From Candidatus Saccharimonadia bacterium (GTDB lineage Bacteria > Patescibacteriota > Saccharimonadia > UBA4664 > SCTI01): a DNA stretch of 64,000 nucleotides. The stretch spans positions 72,219-136,218 of the forward strand of contig JBKJLI010000003.1 in assembly GCA_046597065.1 (NCBI GenBank), given 5' to 3'. Within the stretch, counting starts at the first letter, position 1, and every line of letters starts with the position of its first letter. Below are positions 29,007-38,978 of this stretch, piece by piece. The position numbers were made by a program, and so were the translations under genes. Below the pieces are notes generated by a model. The model worked only from the letters and a program-made list of their open reading frames with translations. It had not been told where the DNA came from and did no database searches.

Positions 29007-30344
29007 CTAAATTTTTTTACGCCTGGTTTTCTTCTCAACGTAGACCTTGAGATCCTTTAAGAAGATTTCGCCCGTCACATAGCTCAGGATCTCGCGCTTT
29101 TCTTCTCTCGTACCCTCTTGCAAGACGTATTTGGCGTAAGCTCGCAGATCAATCGTCGGCATACTCGACTCCACCGGACTTTGCCCTAGAATCCCATTGG
29201 CAAATTTCTCATAGCGCGCGATTTCTTGCTTAAACTTCTCTTGAGCGCCAATCTCATCGATTGGCAGTTCATCAATCAGGCTGAGGAGCTCAATCATGAT
29301 ATCACCCTCGCGAATGTAGGGCTGACTACAGTCCAAGTCATTTGCCCGGCCACAGTGGTAGTAGACATAGTGCCTAACCTGACCGTCTTTTAAGATCTTG
29401 CGTTTCTCCTCGGCTGTAATCCCGGTTTTGCAGGCTCCGCATTTCATAATCCTCGTGAATCCGAACTCTTTGCTGCCTGCTGGTGCTTTCGGTGCTACTG
29501 TCAGCTGCACCTGGACTTCGTCAAACAGCTCCTTAGTGATCAATGGCTTATGTTTACCCTCATGCCAGGTATCGATGGTTGTAGGGTACTTAAACCGTCC
29601 GTAGTAAAAGGGGTTCTTTAGCGTCCGGTAGATGTGGCTTAAAACCAATCCCTGGCCGCTTTTAGTTTCAAATCCACTGGTATCGAGCCAGCGTTTGAGG
29701 TCTCGCCCCGTAGCCGCTTGTTTGGCGACTCTCTCGAACATCTCGATAATGACTGGTGCACGTTCCGGATCGATAATAATCTTATCCTCACCAAGGCCGT
29801 TATTCAGATAGCCAATTGGCGCTACACCTGGTCGCCAACCGTTGGCGGCTTTGTTACGCAAGCCCCGGATAACGTTCAACCCTCGATTGTCGTTCTCAAG
29901 TTTGGCCTGGCTACCGAGAATCATAAGCAGGAACTTCTCGTTGGGTGAATTGGTGAAGGTTTGCCCATGGGTACGAATTTCCTGCAAACCACCCGAGTCC
30001 ATCAGGTCGACCAGCACCCCCAGGTCGCCCGCCGATCTGGAAAGTCGATCTGGCGCCCAGGTTATGATTGCATTGAAATAGCCGAGCCTAATGTCTTGAA
30101 TCATGCGGTTAAAGATTGGCCTGGTGCCTGCCACCTTTGATGAGTGGCTCTCTTTGCGGATCTCCGCTACCTCAATGCCCCAGTGATCCGCTAGCAGCGT
30201 CATTTCCTTGATCTGCTGCTCAATCGATAGCGCTTGGCGTTCGTCCTGTTCGCTCGATTTGCGGGCGTATAGGCAGTAGATCAGTTTGGTCGCGACGGGC
30301 GCGGTTTGTATCTGTTGTGGGATAGTCGATTCCATTACCAACAC
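29007..30344 (-). CDS. Large serine recombinase (resolvase + recombinase + zinc ribbon)
   Basis: LYARKSSE catalytic Ser, DRLSR, APIGY, HKPLITKELF, CGAC...YYHC. Confidence 0.93.
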   Translation of the reverse strand: MLVMESTIPQQIQTAPVATKLIYCLYARKSSEQDERQALSIEQQIKEMTLLADHWGIEVAEIRKESHSSKVAGTRPIFNRMIQDIRLGYFNAIITWAPDRLSRSAGDLGVLVDLMDSGGLQEIRTHGQTFTNSPNEKFLLMILGSQAKLENDNRGLNVIRGLRNKAANGWRPGVAPIGYLNNGLGEDKIIIDPERAPVIIEMFERVAKQAATGRDLKRWLDTSGFETKSGQGLVLSHIYRTLKNPFYYGRFKYPTTIDTWHEGKHKPLITKELFDEVQVQLTVAPKAPAGSKEFGFTRIMKCGACKTGITAEEKRKILKDGQVRHYVYYHCGRANDLDCSQPYIREGDIMIELLSLIDELPIDEIGAQEKFKQEIARYEKFANGILGQSPVESSMPTIDLRAYAKYVLQEGTREEKREILSYVTGEIFLKDLKVYVEKKTRRKKI

Positions 30345-30373
30345 AGTACCGCCACGGGGTACTAAGTCTAGTC

Positions 30374-31915
30374 TTATTTTTTCTCGTCGTCCCGATACTT
30401 AATTCCCCAAAAATCGAAGTACTCACTGCTATCATCCCCCAACCAGCCGAATCCAAAGGTCACTTCCCATTTGACGTTCACTTGAATGTAATTTAGCCCC
30501 ATCGACATGGCATCAGCCAAGTCATCATGCTTCTCGACGCCAAAACCAACTAACTGCTGAATGATCGGTGCTACGGCCCGATCCTTAGGGAAATAGACTG
30601 TCCTCTGTTCAAATAGCGGGCTAGCCAGTTGCAAGCGAGCTCTCTTGTCGGCATGGATCTTAATACCTTTCGATTCAATATCCCGGTCTTTGAGCTGTTC
30701 AATCACTGCCGCCTGGTACTGGACTTGCTCGACGAGTACTCGTGGCCGTTTTTCATCGTTATGATCTAGCGCCCGGTACATCAGCGCAATCGTATCGAGA
30801 GTCTCCAGATGTGACATTTTTCGGTTAATAAAGGTCTTATCAATGTAATAGCGCCGATCCTCTAGCTTGTAGCCAAACAAGTGAATCAGCACAATCGCCG
30901 TATAATCAGCCGTCGCGCTTTGGGAAATAGCCAGGTCAACTGAAAGAAAAGAGTTAATGTACTCATTAGCCTCGGTTTTCTCAGGCAACTGATCGTAGTA
31001 CTGAATCCAGGCCGGATCGATTACCTGATCCTCGTCGGGGATAATCTTCAGCATGTACTCCCGCTGCCAGGTAATATCGTCACCAACCTTGCGACGCTCG
31101 ACCGCAATTGCTTTCATGTCTTCGTATTTACCCGGCCACAGAATGTGACCTTTGTTGTCGACAAGCGGGTATGCCCGGAAGATCCCATCCAAGCGCTTGT
31201 CTTCAAAGCGCTGCTTAAGCCGCATCAGTAACGAGTCCTCGTGGAGTAGGTTGCCGACAATAATCATCTTAGTGTTACGGTCACCAGCCGGAATAACTTC
31301 ACCCATCAGCCACTTAAAGACTTTGTCACGGCCTTCACGGGTCTTAGTCGACATCATATCCTCAACATCATCGACAATCACCAGGTCTGGCCGGTACTCA
31401 CCGTGCCGAATACCCCGAATACTCTGATCGGTTGAGGCCGCACTAATTCGGGCGCCGTACTTGGTCAGCACCAGCGAGCTTGAGCCCCACTCGTCACTAA
31501 ATTCTTCGAGTGGTCCGAAATCCTTACGCAGGATATCGTTAGTCTCAAACTCCCGCTTGATGTTAGCCAAGTGCATCCTGGCTTGGGCCTGTGTCTGGCT
31601 GAGTAATAGAACGAACTTCTTCAGTGGCGTCCCCAGCACTGCCCAGATTGGGTAGGAAGAAGTAACGATGGTCGATTTGCCTGAGCCGCGGAAGGCTACG
31701 ATTACAGCGTGTTTAATAGCTGGATCCTGGGTAATTTCAAACACTTCACGCTGGAAGTCGGCCGTTGCGTATTTGACATAACGACCAAGGTAAATGTGGA
31801 AGAACCAATAGTGACTCTGCCGGGCTGTAGCCATCCTGATACTGCGGTCTGTCCGAATAGATTCCAGCAGTGGGTTAGGTATTATACTGGGAGGATTGAT
31901 CAGTTGCTCATTCAT
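30374..31915 (-). CDS. Terminase large subunit-like protein, copy 1
   Basis: Walker A AFRGSGKST, Walker B DLVIVDD, nuclease VDLAIS and HDDLADA. Confidence 0.85.
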   Translation of the reverse strand: MNEQLINPPSIIPNPLLESIRTDRSIRMATARQSHYWFFHIYLGRYVKYATADFQREVFEITQDPAIKHAVIVAFRGSGKSTIVTSSYPIWAVLGTPLKKFVLLLSQTQAQARMHLANIKREFETNDILRKDFGPLEEFSDEWGSSSLVLTKYGARISAASTDQSIRGIRHGEYRPDLVIVDDVEDMMSTKTREGRDKVFKWLMGEVIPAGDRNTKMIIVGNLLHEDSLLMRLKQRFEDKRLDGIFRAYPLVDNKGHILWPGKYEDMKAIAVERRKVGDDITWQREYMLKIIPDEDQVIDPAWIQYYDQLPEKTEANEYINSFLSVDLAISQSATADYTAIVLIHLFGYKLEDRRYYIDKTFINRKMSHLETLDTIALMYRALDHNDEKRPRVLVEQVQYQAAVIEQLKDRDIESKGIKIHADKRARLQLASPLFEQRTVYFPKDRAVAPIIQQLVGFGVEKHDDLADAMSMGLNYIQVNVKWEVTFGFGWLGDDSSEYFDFWGIKYRDDEKK

Positions 31916-31927
31916 CTGGTGGACTCC

Positions 31928-33466
31928 TTAAAAATTATCGTTCAATGTTACCCAACGGTTGTTCTCAAACTCACTAAAGCCTGCCCACAGGCTATGGCGA
32001 CCAACCATCACCGTGCCGGTCGAACGAACGCCATCATTCTCAAGTACCCGCTGGAGCAAGATTGCAAACGCATCGGCCAAGTCGTCATAACGCTCACTAC
32101 CGAAGCCGGTCAGCTGGTGGATGAGCTGCTCACAGCCTTGGCGCGGGAAAACTACCTTACCGCTTTCGACCAAATGGCTGACTGCCGTTAGGCGAGCCCG
32201 TTTATCCTGGCCGTAGACTTTTACGCCCTCGGCCGAGTAGTTCTCCCGATTCAGTTGTTCGATCAGAGCACTTTGGTAGCCCACATCTTCGATGTAGAGC
32301 TTGACGCTGTGTTTGGTGCCAAGCCGTGCTACGAGATCCCGGGCTTTGTCCAAGGTCTGTAAATGAGTCAGATGGGCGTTAACCGGCCGAGGTAAAATAT
32401 AGATCTTGAGATCTTCGACGTTGCCGTGTACTTGGGCTGACACCATGGCCGTGCAGTCAGCGGTTGTCCGCAGTGAAATAGCCAAATCAATGCCGACGGC
32501 CGTGTAGCGATAGTGATCCTGCTCCTGGGAGGGCAATTCGTCGTAGTAGCGAATCCAAGCCGGAAAGATAACCTGATCGTCTTCGGGAACGATCTTAAGC
32601 ATGAACTCGCGTTGCCAAGCTTTCTCATTGCCAAGCTTACGTTTGGCAGTTTCGATGGCATCGTGATTGGGGTATTTACCAGGCCAGAGAATCTGGTTGT
32701 TTGGTGATACTACAGGGTACGCTCTGAAAACACCATTCAACCGCCCTGATTCAAAACTTGCGCGCAGTCGCATCAAAAGTGAGTCTTCGTGCAGCAGGTT
32801 TCCAACCATCACCACCTTGGTGTTCTGGTCTCCTGCTGGCAGCACCTCGCCGGTTAACCAGTTGTAGGTCTTATCCCGGCCTTCCTGAGTTTTGGTCGAC
32901 ATCATATCTTCGACATCGTCGCAGATGATGAGATCTGGCCGATGTTCACCGTGCCGCAACCCGCGAATACTCTGATCAGTTGATGCGGCACTGATCCGTG
33001 CACCATACTTTGTGAGTACCAGCGAACTTGAACCCCACTCGTCGCTTTCTTCTTCAAGCGGTCCGAAATCTGCCCGAAGCAGCTCATTAGCCTCAAATTC
33101 GCGCTTGATGTTGGCCAAATGGAGTCGGGCTTGTTGTTGGGTTTGGCTCAAGATCAGGATGAACTTTTTATGCTGGCTACCAAGTACTGCCCAAATTGGG
33201 TAGGACATGGTAACGACCGTCGATTTGCCGGAACCTCGAAAGGCCACGATTACCGCATACTCGATCTCCTGATTCTCGGTTAACATGAAGATTTCTTTTT
33301 GGAAGTCGGCTGTTGGGTGCTTTAAGTAGCGGCTGAGATAAAGGCTGAAGAACCAGGTGTGACTGCGCTCGGCTGTCGCCATCCGGATCTTACGGTTGCC
33401 CCGAATATGCTCCCAGAGGTCGGGAGTAAGACTGGCCTCAACATCGGCTGGCAAAGTGTTATTCAT
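31928..33466 (-). CDS. Terminase large subunit-like protein, copy 2
   Basis: AFRGSGKST, DLIICDD, GIDLAIS, YDDLADA; ATG 33466 with GAGGAG SD. Confidence 0.85.
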   Translation of the reverse strand: MNNTLPADVEASLTPDLWEHIRGNRKIRMATAERSHTWFFSLYLSRYLKHPTADFQKEIFMLTENQEIEYAVIVAFRGSGKSTVVTMSYPIWAVLGSQHKKFILILSQTQQQARLHLANIKREFEANELLRADFGPLEEESDEWGSSSLVLTKYGARISAASTDQSIRGLRHGEHRPDLIICDDVEDMMSTKTQEGRDKTYNWLTGEVLPAGDQNTKVVMVGNLLHEDSLLMRLRASFESGRLNGVFRAYPVVSPNNQILWPGKYPNHDAIETAKRKLGNEKAWQREFMLKIVPEDDQVIFPAWIRYYDELPSQEQDHYRYTAVGIDLAISLRTTADCTAMVSAQVHGNVEDLKIYILPRPVNAHLTHLQTLDKARDLVARLGTKHSVKLYIEDVGYQSALIEQLNRENYSAEGVKVYGQDKRARLTAVSHLVESGKVVFPRQGCEQLIHQLTGFGSERYDDLADAFAILLQRVLENDGVRSTGTVMVGRHSLWAGFSEFENNRWVTLNDNF

Positions 33467-33881
33467 GGACTTGCTCCTCGGTAGTAATCGGCTCAATTTG
33501 CCCCAACCCGGCCAAGCGCAAAGCCTCTTGGACGACCGCTTCTTGCTCTGGAGTTAACGTTTGATCTTCAACCTTAAGCCGTCCATCAATCTGGACTCTG
33601 GTGGCATAGGTCGGGTGATGGTGCTTCAACCAGAAAATTATGCCAGTCATGTTGCCGTCTCGGATTGCAGCCATCAGCTGGCTCTCAGCCATGTCATTAA
33701 CCAGTGAAGCTCCCTCGCTGAGTGCAAGATCGGCTGCCTCGGCAAACTCTGCATCATCTTTATGCCAACGGTAGTAGGAAGCCCGGCCGAGACCGGTCTT
33801 CTCGCAAGCTAGCTGTACAATCGGCGTTTTGCGTAATTGGTCAATCAACAGCGCTTTATTCCGAGTGGTTTTATCCGACAT
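33459..33881 (-). CDS. Putative terminase small subunit (HTH)
   Basis: VQLACEKTGLGRASYYRWHKDDAEF HTH, GIIFWLK; directly upstream of the large subunits. Confidence 0.65.
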   Translation of the reverse strand: MSDKTTRNKALLIDQLRKTPIVQLACEKTGLGRASYYRWHKDDAEFAEAADLALSEGASLVNDMAESQLMAAIRDGNMTGIIFWLKHHHPTYATRVQIDGRLKVEDQTLTPEQEAVVQEALRLAGLGQIEPITTEEQVHE

Positions 33882-34629
33882 GGCTCACCTCCAGCAATTT
33901 GGCAGTACCACCAGTCAGCTTCTCCCAGCGGTCAACGACGACTTGGCAATACGCTGGATCAAGCTCAATTGCCAGGCATTTACGTTTGGTTTGCTCACAG
34001 GCTAACAAGGTTGAGCCGGAACCAACGAACGGATCATAAATATAGTCGCCAACTCGGCTGGAATTAAGGACAAGATTTCGGAGCAGGCCAACTGGCTTCA
34101 TGGTCGGATGGAGCTTACTGCGGCTTGGTTTTGGATAGACCAACAGGCTTTTATCTTTGGCTTTGACGAATTCATGCGTTCCAAACCAGCCGTAGGCGAT
34201 AAGTTCGTGTTGGGGTAAGTAGTCCATGCGTCCAACCACAGCATGGGTCTTCACCCAGATCAGTAATTGGGTAAAGCGACAGCCCGCATCCTGCATGCCC
34301 TCCCGCAAAGCGAAGAGCATTTTGTCCGAGTTGAAGATATAGACAGCGTTCTTTGGAGCAAGGTACGGTTTGGCGGTTGCCAGCCAATCTTTGGTGAAGC
34401 ACCGGTATTCATCATCGCTTTGGTAATGGTCGCCGGTAATTTCACCACTCGATCCCAGCTTTTGTGAGAAGCCAGCCTTACTGTCGGTGTAGGCCACACC
34501 ATAGGGCGGGTCGCAGAGGATTAATTTGATCTGATCGTTGCCAACTAGTCGCCTTACCAGTTCTGGGTCTTTGGCATCGCCACAGGCTAAGCGATGGTCG
34601 CCGAGCTGGATGATCTGTTCCGGCTTCAT
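33871..34629 (-). CDS. N4/N6 DNA methyltransferase (beta class)
   Basis: DPPY, HPTMKP, DPFVGSGST. Confidence 0.9.
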   Translation of the reverse strand: MKPEQIIQLGDHRLACGDAKDPELVRRLVGNDQIKLILCDPPYGVAYTDSKAGFSQKLGSSGEITGDHYQSDDEYRCFTKDWLATAKPYLAPKNAVYIFNSDKMLFALREGMQDAGCRFTQLLIWVKTHAVVGRMDYLPQHELIAYGWFGTHEFVKAKDKSLLVYPKPSRSKLHPTMKPVGLLRNLVLNSSRVGDYIYDPFVGSGSTLLACEQTKRKCLAIELDPAYCQVVVDRWEKLTGGTAKLLEVSHVG

Positions 34630-35897
34630 AGCATCACCGCCTTCTGGCCGGTTAGGGCTTCGTATCTAGCAATAATGACATCGCAGAAGATTGGCTCAGC
34701 TTCGGCGAGGAACGCCAGGCGCTTCAGCTGCTCACAGGCCACCATGGTCGAGCCGGAGCCAGCCGTGACGTCGAGTACGATATCGCCTGGCTTAGTACAA
34801 CGCCTGAGGGGCTTTTCGTGCAGGGTCGGCGGCTTCTGAGTCGGGTGCTCGTAATCCTGAGCCGAATCGCGCTTGGCCAGCCAGATATTGAAGAGATCTA
34901 GAATGTCGTCGAGACTACGGTTACCGACTGCCACATCCTTATTCAAGATCTCGGTGAGGTTTTTGGTCTTGGACAGGTATGGTTTGCCGCGAGTGCCATA
35001 AACGCACGGTTCGTACGCTTTATTGAAGGCGATTTGCGGGGTCATGTTGAAATTGTTCTTAATCCAGAGGCAAACCCGCTTCGGAGCCAGACCAATCTCA
35101 ACATATAAACTTTGGAGCATGCCAATATAAGATTCGTCGCAGTAGCAAAAGACATGGCAGTCCGGCTTGGCAACTGCCATGCCGTTCACTAGAAGTGACT
35201 GGAGAAAGGCACTGTAGTCGGGATCGGACTTGTGGTCGTTGGTCGAGCCACCATACTTGCCGTTGGTACTGATGCCTTTGCTGTAATCTAGCGAAATATT
35301 GAACGGTGGGTCGAAGTAGAGCGCACTGACAAGGTCGCTTCCGACTAAGTGGTGGATTACAGCCGGATCGGTGGCGTCGCCGCAGATTAGCCGGTGTGAA
35401 CCGAGCTGGAACAAATCACCTGACTTAGTCTGTGGTGTCTTGATCTCCCGAATGGCTTTATCTACATCGAAGTCATCTTCCTCGGTTGCCAGTGCTTCAT
35501 CCCAAATCGCTGAGAGGTCGCCATCGTCGAAACCGACATCCAGCAGGAGACCCATGTCGAACTCTTTTAATAACTCCAGGTCCCACTCGCCTGTATTGGC
35601 GTTGAGACGAAGATTTAACTCTTTCTCGCGCTCTATATTTGGGATATTCACATAAACTACTGGGACATCGGTATAGCCCAGATCTTGCGCGACCTTCAGT
35701 CGGAAGTGTCCACCGATGACCACATTCTTTCGGTCAGACGCACCGTTCACAATGATGGGGTCGATTAGACCGAAGCGCTTGATGCTAGCAGTTAGATCAC
35801 CCGTCGCCTTATTACTCCAGCGCCTGGGGTTATATGGGGCTGGGTTAAGGTTAGTGGTGGGTACCTGAACTATTTGAATGTCGGTTGCTTGCTTCAT
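34626..35897 (-). CDS. ParB/Srx-domain-fused DNA methyltransferase
   Basis: N-terminal PAPYNPR...GGHFRL ParB-N; DPPF, HPTQKP, AGSGST. Confidence 0.88.
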   Translation of the reverse strand: MKQATDIQIVQVPTTNLNPAPYNPRRWSNKATGDLTASIKRFGLIDPIIVNGASDRKNVVIGGHFRLKVAQDLGYTDVPVVYVNIPNIEREKELNLRLNANTGEWDLELLKEFDMGLLLDVGFDDGDLSAIWDEALATEEDDFDVDKAIREIKTPQTKSGDLFQLGSHRLICGDATDPAVIHHLVGSDLVSALYFDPPFNISLDYSKGISTNGKYGGSTNDHKSDPDYSAFLQSLLVNGMAVAKPDCHVFCYCDESYIGMLQSLYVEIGLAPKRVCLWIKNNFNMTPQIAFNKAYEPCVYGTRGKPYLSKTKNLTEILNKDVAVGNRSLDDILDLFNIWLAKRDSAQDYEHPTQKPPTLHEKPLRRCTKPGDIVLDVTAGSGSTMVACEQLKRLAFLAEAEPIFCDVIIARYEALTGQKAVML

Positions 35898-35970
35898 AAC
35901 CTGATTTTCGGTTATGAGAAGGGAGAATAGTACCTGAATTGTTCAAGATAAGTTCTGGAAAAGTTCCGTA

Positions 35971-36585
35971 CTAGAAACTTCTAACGTATTTCAGCTGATA
36001 GCCTTCGCCCCAGCGACGAGTAACTTCTATCTCCAGATCGTCTTTCCTGAGCGCCCGTTTAAGTTCAGACATCAGATTAGGAATGCCCTTTACTGGGTCA
36101 AAGTTGCCGAGCTTCGCTTTGATCGTTTCATTACTCACATAATGCTCTGGAAACTCAAGCAGCATGACTAGTAGCTTGCCATGCTTAGAGGTGTGATAAA
36201 GATTCTGAAGGCGCCGTCCTTGATATTCAAACCGGCCGTCGATCAGGACTACGAACCCAAAATTAGGAGGTGCTGGGCGCTCAATCACTGTCGCCGCTGT
36301 GGGTGCTGCTGCAACCAGTGCTCCTTGAATCGGGAATATGTTAAGAAGTGGTTGAATCTCAATGATCAGGGGTGAGATCTTGGGAGTGATCTCCGATACC
36401 ACGGCCATTGTTCGACGAAGGTTATCGAAAATGCCGTTGGGAATTCGGATTGCCTCCACCATTCGCCTGTGCGTTTCGGCAATTTGCTCTTGCATCTCAG
36501 CCATTTGACGCACGAACCCCAAGTTGATTTGGGGCATAACAAGTGTACCCAAGTCGTGGCCGATGTTATCAAGGTCTAGAATCAT
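35971..36585 (-). CDS. Hypothetical protein with C-terminal OmpR/PhoB-like winged helix
   Basis: LVMLLEFPEHYVSNETI...SELKRAL...IEVTRRWGEGYQL; ATGA overlap with upstream gene. Confidence 0.55.
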   Translation of the reverse strand: MILDLDNIGHDLGTLVMPQINLGFVRQMAEMQEQIAETHRRMVEAIRIPNGIFDNLRRTMAVVSEITPKISPLIIEIQPLLNIFPIQGALVAAAPTAATVIERPAPPNFGFVVLIDGRFEYQGRRLQNLYHTSKHGKLLVMLLEFPEHYVSNETIKAKLGNFDPVKGIPNLMSELKRALRKDDLEIEVTRRWGEGYQLKYVRSF

Positions 36586-37502
36586 TTCTTCTCCAGAACA
36601 TCTTTTACCAGAGAGAACCATTTCGTCGTATGGATCAGTCGATCGTTCACCAACTTCTTGGATAGCAGTTCCTGTTTCGTCAGCTTCGAAAGATCCTCCC
36701 AGCTAGTGGCATCTAGTACGTAGCTAGCGTTACCATAGCGGATACTCTCAAGTACCGTGATGCCTTTTTCTGGGAAAACGTAGGCAACGTAGCCGGTAAA
36801 ACCACCCGTACCGTAGGCAATAGTTGTTGGCTCAAACCCGATGATCCGGTCTTGCCGCAGGATTTCCACCGGGCGAATACGCTTTGATTTAGATAGGATG
36901 TCTTCCAGCTCTTTGGTGAGCTCGTCGATGGTCACCTTTTTACCCGGCGGCAGTAGGTGCCAGTTCAGCCGTCGAATTTCTACGGGCTCAAAGGCTTCGT
37001 CGTAAACCTCAACATGACCAAAGACTTCCAGGAAGATGTTGATAGCTGTGAGCAGTGTCTCTGGGTTGGCGGGATCGTACACCAATCGGTCAGCAGGCGT
37101 TATGAACTGATGCCCTTGCTTCTTTACGACCGTGAGTTCTATGCCCATTGCTGCCACTACCTCACGCGGGTAGCGCTGGTAAGGCACATCGACTAAGGAC
37201 GTTACGGTTACCGTCTCTTTGCCGCGCCACTCTTGGTGTGTCCATTCCTGGGTTCGGTAACGGGTTTCTTTGGGCTGATCACGTTGAATAATTTCTCGAC
37301 CCCAGGCGTTGAATCTGGTGACCGAGCCAAGGGGTTTTGGTAGTATCGTATCTCCCGGTGCTGGACTTGGACCAAAGCCAGCATTTTGAGCCGCTCGCGC
37401 ATTTGAAGCCACTTCCACCGCTAGCAAGACCTCCTTCCCCTCTAGCGAGGTGGGAAGGTGGGCTGAGAGTGAACGGATTCGCTTATTGTCAATGCTAAGC
37501 AT
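36582..37502 (-). CDS. Hypothetical protein (306 aa), coupled to HNH gene
   Basis: Long ORF starting 1 nt after the HNH stop; no motif recognised. Confidence 0.65.
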   Translation of the reverse strand: MLSIDNKRIRSLSAHLPTSLEGKEVLLAVEVASNARAAQNAGFGPSPAPGDTILPKPLGSVTRFNAWGREIIQRDQPKETRYRTQEWTHQEWRGKETVTVTSLVDVPYQRYPREVVAAMGIELTVVKKQGHQFITPADRLVYDPANPETLLTAINIFLEVFGHVEVYDEAFEPVEIRRLNWHLLPPGKKVTIDELTKELEDILSKSKRIRPVEILRQDRIIGFEPTTIAYGTGGFTGYVAYVFPEKGITVLESIRYGNASYVLDATSWEDLSKLTKQELLSKKLVNDRLIHTTKWFSLVKDVLEKK

Positions 37503-37503
37503 G

Positions 37504-37830
37504 CTATCGGCTCGCTACGACTGCCGCATTTGGCAGTACGCCCACAGCGTCGCTTTTGCGCCGGTTGTTTTGCCACTGCAATGCCTGCAGGTTGCTAAGG
37601 TTATCGCTCCCACCCTTGGCGGCTGGGTAGACATGATCAATCTCCCAGCCGTTGCCCATCGGGGTCGTGTTACCATAACTAGCCCACTTGATCAGTGCGC
37701 CGTACATGTCCATACGCATATCACTTGGGTCGTATCCCGCCACAGCCTGGGCTTTAACCCAAACTGCGGCTCTTGTTTGTATAGAGAAATCATTTCCGGA
37801 TCGGTCGGTGCCGTGTCGTCGGGTTTGCAT
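37504..37830 (-). CDS. HNH endonuclease
   Basis: GWEIDHVYPAAKGGSDNLSNLQALQWQNN. Confidence 0.88.
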   Translation of the reverse strand: MQTRRHGTDRSGNDFSIQTRAAVWVKAQAVAGYDPSDMRMDMYGALIKWASYGNTTPMGNGWEIDHVYPAAKGGSDNLSNLQALQWQNNRRKSDAVGVLPNAAVVASR

Positions 37831-37993
37831 TCTTGCACCCTCCCTTAACTTAATTGTCAGTCCCGACCTCACCTTGCCGCGGCTGTTACTTAAGATTTTA
37901 AATCGCTCAAGCTGGACTTGTCAACAGTCATTGATATTATTGAATAGTGTTGAGCTATTGAAATAACATAAGCGGTTTGATAGGATTGGACTA

Positions 37994-38659
37994 ATGCATC
38001 CCACACAACAGAAGCTACTTAAACTAGCTGGTGAACGCGACCTCGGTAAGATGAAGTTGCTTGAGATGGGTCGTCTCGTGGGCGTCGATCACCCCCAAGT
38101 TGTTAAATACCACCTTGCCCAACTCCAGAAGAGAGGGCTAATTAACTTGGATCGTGCCGGTGGCACCGTAAAACGCATAGAGCATCAGCTCTTAGGCGGC
38201 TCGGATCTAGTGGCTATCCCGATTTATGGTTCAGCAAATGCTGGTCCTCAAACTCTTTACGCCGATGATCGCCTCGAGGGATACCTCAAGGTCTCCAGCG
38301 GCGTGCTCGGCACCAGGCGCAATCTAGAATCGCTACTTGCGCTCCATGTCGTTGGTGATTCCATGGATCGAGCTCATGTTGGCCCTGATCGTGAACCAAT
38401 TGATGACGGCGACTATGTAATCGTGGACAGGAAGCAGGTTGATGCCAATGATGGCGACTATGTGGTCTCGATCATTGATGGTATGGCCAATATCAAGAAA
38501 TTTCGGCAACAGCCCGATAACATCTATCTGATATCTGAATCCAATCGAGATTTGCCACCAATCGTTCTCCACAAAGATGATAGCCTCGATCTGGTTCTAG
38601 CTGGAAAAGTGGTTCAGGTTATAAAGCCGCCCAAGATATCTAAGCCTACAGCCCCTTAA
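37994..38659 (+). CDS. LexA/CI-like S24 autopeptidase repressor
   Basis: N-terminal HTH, A-G cleavage site (SANAG), GDSM Ser and NIKK Lys. Confidence 0.88.
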   Translation: MHPTQQKLLKLAGERDLGKMKLLEMGRLVGVDHPQVVKYHLAQLQKRGLINLDRAGGTVKRIEHQLLGGSDLVAIPIYGSANAGPQTLYADDRLEGYLKVSSGVLGTRRNLESLLALHVVGDSMDRAHVGPDREPIDDGDYVIVDRKQVDANDGDYVVSIIDGMANIKKFRQQPDNIYLISESNRDLPPIVLHKDDSLDLVLAGKVVQVIKPPKISKPTAP

Positions 38660-38873
38660 AGAAGTCCTCGACCTTAACGCCCATCCCCTTGGCCAGTCGA
38701 TAAATTGTCGTAACGGTTGGTCGGCGAATCCCTGTCTCAATGTTTGCAATGGCGACTCTATCTAGCCCGCTTTTGTCTGCAAGCTGTTCTTGTGTCATGC
38801 CTTGCTCGCGGCGCAATTGAGCGAGGCGTTTGGCCACTTTCTCCAAAAATGCCTTTTCGGCTTTTGATTCCAT
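38646..38873 (-). CDS. XRE-family HTH regulator
   Basis: RREQGMTQEQLADKSGLDRVAIANIETGIRRPT. Confidence 0.9.
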   Translation of the reverse strand: MESKAEKAFLEKVAKRLAQLRREQGMTQEQLADKSGLDRVAIANIETGIRRPTVTTIYRLAKGMGVKVEDFFKGL

Positions 38874-38978
38874 AGCTTAAGCATAGGAAGAATAGCCTTG
38901 TCAAGACATAATCATTTGATTACAATTCAAGCTTATGCTATAACTTGTGTAAACATTTGATTAAGGAGATTTACACCT

